Shown piece by piece: positions 59,942 to 64,000 of a stretch of DNA of 64,000 nt. Position numbers and translations under genes: made by a program. The notes below the pieces were generated by a model, which saw only the letters and a list, made by a program, of their open reading frames with translations, did not search any database and was not told the origin of the DNA. Numbering within the stretch: position 1 is the first letter of the stretch; every line of letters starts with the position of its first letter. The stretch comes from an uncultured Christensenellaceae bacterium (GTDB lineage Bacteria > Bacillota > Clostridia > Christensenellales > UBA3700), in assembly GCA_944380295.1 (NCBI GenBank), contig CALWHE010000009.1, forward strand, positions 2,213 through 66,212. Reading direction: 5' to 3'.

Positions 59942-59970
59942 AGTATACCCCTTTTGCCGCGCCGTGTCAA
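59942..59970 (-). promoter_or_regulatory. Sigma-70-type promoter of the T-box-trpBA unit
   Basis: TTGACA, 17 nt, TATACT. Confidence 0.55.
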
Positions 59971-60107
59971 GCGATTTGCCTTTGCGGCGCCCTCACTCGC
60001 CGCCCGCTTTTTCCAGAAGTTCTTCCGCCTCGTGACCGGCGATGTCGTCCAATGTGAATTTTTCCATTCCCGTTACCTCCTTTTTTGAAATTTGCGAAAA
60101 TGCGCAT

Positions 60108-60138
60108 AAAAAAATCTCGGGACGGAATATCCCGAGAT
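60108..60138 (-). terminator. Intrinsic terminator after tRNA-Pro
   Basis: ATCTCGGGA-TATTCCG-TCCCGAGAT plus TTTTTTT on the minus strand. Confidence 0.65.
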
Positions 60139-60159
60139 CTCAAACCGCTCTTGCGGCTT

Positions 60160-60236
60160 TGGTCGAGGTGACAAGACTTGAACTTGCGGCCTCACGGTCC
60201 CTAACCGTGCGCGCTACCAAACTGCGCCACACCTCG
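60160..60236 (-). tRNA. tRNA-Pro with anticodon AGG, CCA encoded
   Basis: Hand-folded: acceptor CGAGGUG/CACCUCG, A73, D arm GCGC-AGUUUGGUA-GCGC, anticodon arm CACGG-UUAGGGA-CCGUG (G37), T arm GCAAG-UUCAAGU-CUUGU. Confidence 0.8.
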
Positions 60237-60365
60237 CCGAGCTACAATATTGTAGCACATAGATTTGATAAAATAAAGTGTTTGAGGAAAAATTTTTCAA
60301 CTTTTTCGCTTTAACGGCGGCAGGGCGCTTGCTTTTCTTCCCGCCGATGTGGTAATGTATTGTCC

Positions 60366-60410
60366 GCGGAAGGTTTTCGGTCAACACTTCCGAATAAAAA
60401 AACCGAGGTG
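60366..60410 (+). promoter_or_regulatory. preQ1-I riboswitch upstream of queT
   Basis: P1 is GGAAG/CUUCC. The loop is GUUUUCGGUCAACA. The A-rich tail GAAUAAAAAAACCGA has CCGA pairing to the loop UCGG and abuts the SD GAGG. Closely parallels the Bacillus AGAGGUUCUAGCUACACCCUCUAUAAAAAACUA architecture. Confidence 0.7.
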
Positions 60411-60414
60411 CTTT

Positions 60415-61005
60415 ATGAAGAAATTCCCTGCCAAAGCAATTTGCCGCGCCGGCGCGATCGCCGCGCTCTATGCCGTTTTGACCATCTATTTGGGCAATAT
60501 CGCTTACGGTCCCTTGCAGATACGCCCCGCGGAAGCGCTCACGCTGCTGCCCCTTTTGTATCTGGAAAGCGTGCCGGCGCTGTTCGTAGGCTGCCTGATC
60601 GCCAACCTGCTCTCCCCTTACGAGGCGGCGGACATAGTGGTGGGCAGTCTGCTCACGCTGATAGCCGCCTGCCTGACTTATGTCATGCCGCGCTTTTTCA
60701 AAAAGCCCGTCTTCCGCGCGCTGGTCGGCGGCTTGTTCCCCGTCTTTCTCAACGCGCTGGCGCTGCCCGTGATGTGGCTGATAATGGGCGGAGCGGGCGC
60801 CTTCTGGACCAACCTTTTGTCCATGAGCTGCACGCAGCTTTTGTGGGTATACGCGCTGGGCATGCCCCTTTATCTGGCGCTGGAACGCCTCTCTTACGCC
60901 AAGCGTTCGCCCCTTTATCCCACCAACCGCTTTGTGCTCAAAGGGCGGGAAAAAGACAAAGAACGGGCGGCTCTTGAAAATCAAACGCAAAAACCGCAGC
61001 AATAA
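60415..61005 (+). CDS. queT: QueT queuosine-precursor transporter
   Basis: Start at MKKFPAKA (GAGGTG RBS). Small polytopic protein of the QueT/ECF-S type (YGPLQIRPAEAL). Confidence 0.75.
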   Translation: MKKFPAKAICRAGAIAALYAVLTIYLGNIAYGPLQIRPAEALTLLPLLYLESVPALFVGCLIANLLSPYEAADIVVGSLLTLIAACLTYVMPRFFKKPVFRALVGGLFPVFLNALALPVMWLIMGGAGAFWTNLLSMSCTQLLWVYALGMPLYLALERLSYAKRSPLYPTNRFVLKGREKDKERAALENQTQKPQQ

Positions 61006-61108
61006 CGCCGGCGCCGCGCCGCAAGGCGCGGCTGTTTTTTATGCCGCGGGCTTTATTTTTTCTTCTTTTTGTGTTATCATATAACCACAACGCATATCGG
61101 AGGAGATC

Positions 61109-61951
61109 TTGTTAGAAAGATTTTTGGAAGAAGGCAGACCGCTGGTGGCTGTCCACCGAGGCAAAAACGGCGCTTCCGTGGCGGAAAACACCGTTTTTTC
61201 CGCTCTCACCGCCTTTGACGAAGGCGCGGACATAGTGGAGTTCGACGTGCTCAGAACGCTGGACAACAAGGTAGCGGTGTTCCATGAGAACATGGACTTC
61301 CGCATCGTTTTTCCCGCCTGGCCGGTCAGGCTCTCCGTGATGAGCGAGCTTAAACGGCGCCGTCTGCGCTCCGCTTACGGCGGCTGTTTGGATTACGGCG
61401 TGAACGAGCTGGAAGAATACCTCGCCGCGCTCAAAGGCAAGGGACTTCTCAACTTCGACCGCATCTGGTATGCGGACGTGCGCAAGTGCCTGGAAATAGT
61501 GAAAAAGCTGGACATGTTCGATCAGATCCTCTTCAAAGGTTACGTCCGTCAGGGACGCAACCGCCTTTTGGACATCTTCCGCGAATATCCGCAGGCATGG
61601 TTCATGCCCATCTGCAAAAAGTCGTCCAATTACCCCGTCGCCTTGGGCGAGTGCGAAAAGCACGGCGTGAAAATGCGCGGCGTGGAAGTGCTCTTTTATG
61701 ACGAGCAAGACCTGTTCGCCCAAGCGGATTTTGTCAAAAAAGAACGCGAGGCGGGCCGCTTTGTGTGGGTGAATTCCATCACTTTGGACGGCAAGCCCGA
61801 CATGTGTGCCAACCACGGCGACAATCACGCGCTCTTCGGCGACAAAGACGAGCACTGGGGCTTTTTGCTCGACCGCGGATACCGCGTGATCCAAACGGAC
61901 TGGCCCGTGCAGCTGAACAGATACCTGGACGCGAAGTTCGGACAAAAATAA
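61109..61951 (+). CDS. Glycerophosphodiester phosphodiesterase family protein
   Basis: 280 aa with a TTG start and GGAGGAG RBS. Has HRG...ENT and EFDV..T.D...V.FHE motifs. Confidence 0.75.
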   Translation: MLERFLEEGRPLVAVHRGKNGASVAENTVFSALTAFDEGADIVEFDVLRTLDNKVAVFHENMDFRIVFPAWPVRLSVMSELKRRRLRSAYGGCLDYGVNELEEYLAALKGKGLLNFDRIWYADVRKCLEIVKKLDMFDQILFKGYVRQGRNRLLDIFREYPQAWFMPICKKSSNYPVALGECEKHGVKMRGVEVLFYDEQDLFAQADFVKKEREAGRFVWVNSITLDGKPDMCANHGDNHALFGDKDEHWGFLLDRGYRVIQTDWPVQLNRYLDAKFGQK

Positions 61952-62105
61952 GCGTTTTCATCGCAATGCGCGGGCGCGGCGGCGCCCGCTTTTTTTTGCC
62001 GCGCGCCCTTTATTTTTCCCCTTCCGCGGCGTTTTTTCTCGTCTGCGCTTGCTTTATCCGTCAAAGTGTTGTATAATTAACGCATAAACAGGCGAGGTGA
62101 AAATT

Positions 62106-63014
62106 ATGTCTTTTGCTGTAACGGTATTCAAAGCCATAGACGTGCTGTTCGACGGCGCGCAGAACAAACGCAAGGTCTGCAAGGATAAGCAGGGCGCGGT
62201 GGTAGTGAGATCGGACGTGGTTTACGACCCCGAGCGGGCGCAGATCTGCAAGGGCGACCTCTATCTGCCCAAGGAGGGCAAGCCGGCGGGCGCAGTGCTG
62301 GAAATACACGGCGGCGGCTTTGTAGCGGGCGATAAAAAACACCGCCGCGGACTTTCTTCCTGGCTGGTGCGCAACGCGGGCGTGGCGGTGTTTTCCGTCA
62401 ATTACGGACTGGGTCCGCAGAGCAAGTTCCCTGAGCCGGTGCAGGACTGCGCCAAAGCCTTCAATTACCTTTTGAGCATTGCCGAAGAGTGCGGCTTCCC
62501 CGCAGACAAGATAGTGGTGTGCGGCGATTCCGCCGGCGCCTATTACTGCGCGCAGTTGGGCGCGCTGCAATGCAGCCCGGAGCTGTGCGAAAAGTTCGGC
62601 GTGAGCCTGAACGGCAGAATAGACGCCGCCATCCTGGACTGCGGCGTTTACGACCTGGAAAAGGCGCTGGGGCGCAAAATAGCCTTTAACCTCACGGGCG
62701 GCATCGTCAAAGATTACTTGGGCATAGACCTGAACGACATCGCAAAATACGAAAAATACGACATGCTCTCCCCCATCGCCTATGTGAACGAAAACTTCCC
62801 CGCCACCTTTATCACTTATGCGGAAAAAGACTTTTTCTGCGGCGGTCAGGGCGAGGCGCTGATAGAAAAATTCAAGGAGCACGGCGTGCCTTATTCCGAA
62901 TTCCACTCGGTCAAGTTCACGCAAAACCACACCTTCCCCCTCACCTGGAAGGGCAAAGCGGCGGAAGAGAACAACCGCCTCATGCTTCAATTCATCAAAG
63001 AGCGCTTGCAATAA
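62106..63014 (+). CDS. Alpha/beta hydrolase (esterase/lipase fold-3 type)
   Basis: ATG with a GAGGTG RBS. Has HGGGF and GDSAGA motifs. Confidence 0.8.
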   Translation: MSFAVTVFKAIDVLFDGAQNKRKVCKDKQGAVVVRSDVVYDPERAQICKGDLYLPKEGKPAGAVLEIHGGGFVAGDKKHRRGLSSWLVRNAGVAVFSVNYGLGPQSKFPEPVQDCAKAFNYLLSIAEECGFPADKIVVCGDSAGAYYCAQLGALQCSPELCEKFGVSLNGRIDAAILDCGVYDLEKALGRKIAFNLTGGIVKDYLGIDLNDIAKYEKYDMLSPIAYVNENFPATFITYAEKDFFCGGQGEALIEKFKEHGVPYSEFHSVKFTQNHTFPLTWKGKAAEENNRLMLQFIKERLQ

Positions 63015-63185
63015 GCGCAAACGCAAATACAATACTCCCGGCGGCGGCTTTTTCCGCCGCCTTTTGCTTTTACGGCAAAAGCGCGCAAACCGCCTTCTTG
63101 CAAACGCAAAAGGGGCAGCACGGCAATAAAGGACACATGCGCAACATTTTTTACATTTTACTTACAAAAAAGCGGTGAAAAATCC

Positions 63186-63214
63186 TTGACCGCCGGGGCG
63201 CGTCCGCATATAAT
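63186..63214 (+). promoter_or_regulatory. Sigma-70-type promoter of the small-peptide transcript
   Basis: TTGACC, 17 nt, TATAAT. Confidence 0.6.
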
Positions 63215-63374
63215 ATAGGCGAAATAAAAAAGCGCTGCGGCGCATACGCACATTCACACTTTCGCGGAAGCGGTGCCAAAGGGCGCGGACGGAGCAAGAT
63301 CCGCACGGCAAGTGGAAAAAGCCGAAACAACGGCGGCGTCGCCTACCGAAAAATATATTTCGGAGGTCCTTACT

Positions 63375-63443
63375 ATGAGCAAGATCTGGAAAGCTTTCAG
63401 GGAATACGTGGCAAAATACGGCATGGTATTCAAAATGTGGTAA
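63375..63443 (+). CDS. 22-aa amphipathic peptide (MSKIWKAFREYVAKYGMVFKMW)
   Basis: GGAGG lies 8 nt upstream of the ATG. It has its own promoter about 150 nt upstream and its own terminator 15 nt downstream. Below the ORF-track cutoff. Confidence 0.45.
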   Translation: MSKIWKAFREYVAKYGMVFKMW

Positions 63444-63457
63444 GGGAAATTATGAGG

Positions 63458-63484
63458 CAATGCGAAAGCATTGTTATTTTTTTA
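63458..63484 (+). terminator. Intrinsic terminator of the small-peptide transcript
   Basis: CAATGC-GAAA-GCATTG followed by TTATTTTTTTA. Confidence 0.7.
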
Positions 63485-63853
63485 TCTCTTCTTAGAAGTT
63501 TTTCTTCTATAACTCCCTTTTCCCGCAACTCGTGCGCCCGCGAATTTTTTCTTGCCCGCTCTTGCTCCGCCCTTTGCGCCCGCGTGCTTTGCGTTTCCCG
63601 CGCTCCGCTCCGCCGCGCAGCGCGACTTTGCCGCAAAACTCTTTTAATGCAGTATAAAAGCCGTTACCGTTACGGAAAAGGTCTATTGTTCAAGACACGG
63701 TCAAGGCTCATGCAATTAAAGATAACGTCTGTTTACGCGACGATCGATAAAAAGGAATTTTCCCTGTTGCGCGGAAAAACTTTTCGGCGGGAAAAGTTCG
63801 GTCATGACCCGCCGCCCGGGGGCGGAGCCAAACGGCTCCGCCCCTTTGCCGCA

Positions 63854-64000
63854 TTATTGCGGGATCTCTCCCGCCGGCACTTCCAGTTCTACATCGGAAT
63901 CGGGATAAGTGCAGCACGGGTGGATAAACCCGAATTTTGCGTCCGCCACACGGCGCTTGTCCGCGCCCGCTATGGTATATTTTCCGCTTATCAGCCGGCT
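63854..64000 (-). CDS. 3' end of an unidentified gene (start outside window)
   Basis: The frame is open to the window edge and ends ...GFIHPCCTYPDSDVELEVPAGEIPQ with a stop at 63854-63856. A GC-rich hairpin follows at 63823-63850. Confidence 0.35.
   Translation of the reverse strand, partial: SRLISGKYTIAGADKRRVADAKFGFIHPCCTYPDSDVELEVPAGEIPQ

Noticed and set aside
63221-63374. Assigning the small-peptide leader to a known riboswitch class. Guanidine-I/ykkC-like ACGG...AAAAGCC elements, glycine and c-di-GMP were considered.
   Set aside because: Only short, partial resemblances were found, and key conserved blocks of each class are missing. This needs a covariance-model scan.

Overview
This is a high-GC chromosomal segment, roughly 60% GC by eye. 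Its signals look Firmicutes/Clostridia-like: lipoboxes, AGGAGG ribosome-binding sites (RBS), a T-box, a preQ1-I riboswitch and an ANTAR regulator. All calls come from reading the sequence and the ORF track, with no searches run.

Content in order:
- The 3' end of a GH2 beta-mannosidase.
- An accessory patch: lipoprotein, XRE regulator, HD hydrolase, DUF815 ATPase, PPTase-like gene, malQ and an Avd-like four-helix-bundle gene. Its intergenic spaces hold about 3.4 kb of a mosaic hairpin-repeat family.
- A 7.2-kb operon of five paralogous WG-repeat lipoproteins.
- An ACP gene, CDF and MFS transporters, and a Wzz-like protein.
- A complete F1Fo ATP synthase operon with no free delta gene. The delta C-terminal domain is fused to alpha, and the c subunit has an N-terminal extension.
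- DUF368, an OYE/dienoyl-CoA-reductase-type flavoenzyme, small membrane proteins and lipoproteins, and a BNR protein.
- Fic, a decayed small-ORF/P-loop pair, and a promoter-to-terminator sRNA candidate.
- A nitrogen block: dapL, pyrG, ANTAR regulator, glnA, a three-gene split glutamate synthase, type III GS and asnB. Its leaders share AANGGC hexaloop hairpins that overlap terminators.
- A decayed AT-rich island beside tRNA-Ser.
- TM2/DUF2752, two hydrolases, a RhuM remnant, T-box-controlled trpBA, a tRNA-Pro with an AGG anticodon, preQ1-queT, GDPD and an esterase.
- A stand-alone transcript encoding a 22-aa amphipathic peptide.

The findings I rate highest are the covarying hairpin-repeat family, the delta-alpha fusion in the ATP synthase, the shared nitrogen-gene attenuators and the sRNA candidate. 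Most long track ORFs that lie antisense to these genes are GC-driven shadow ORFs.
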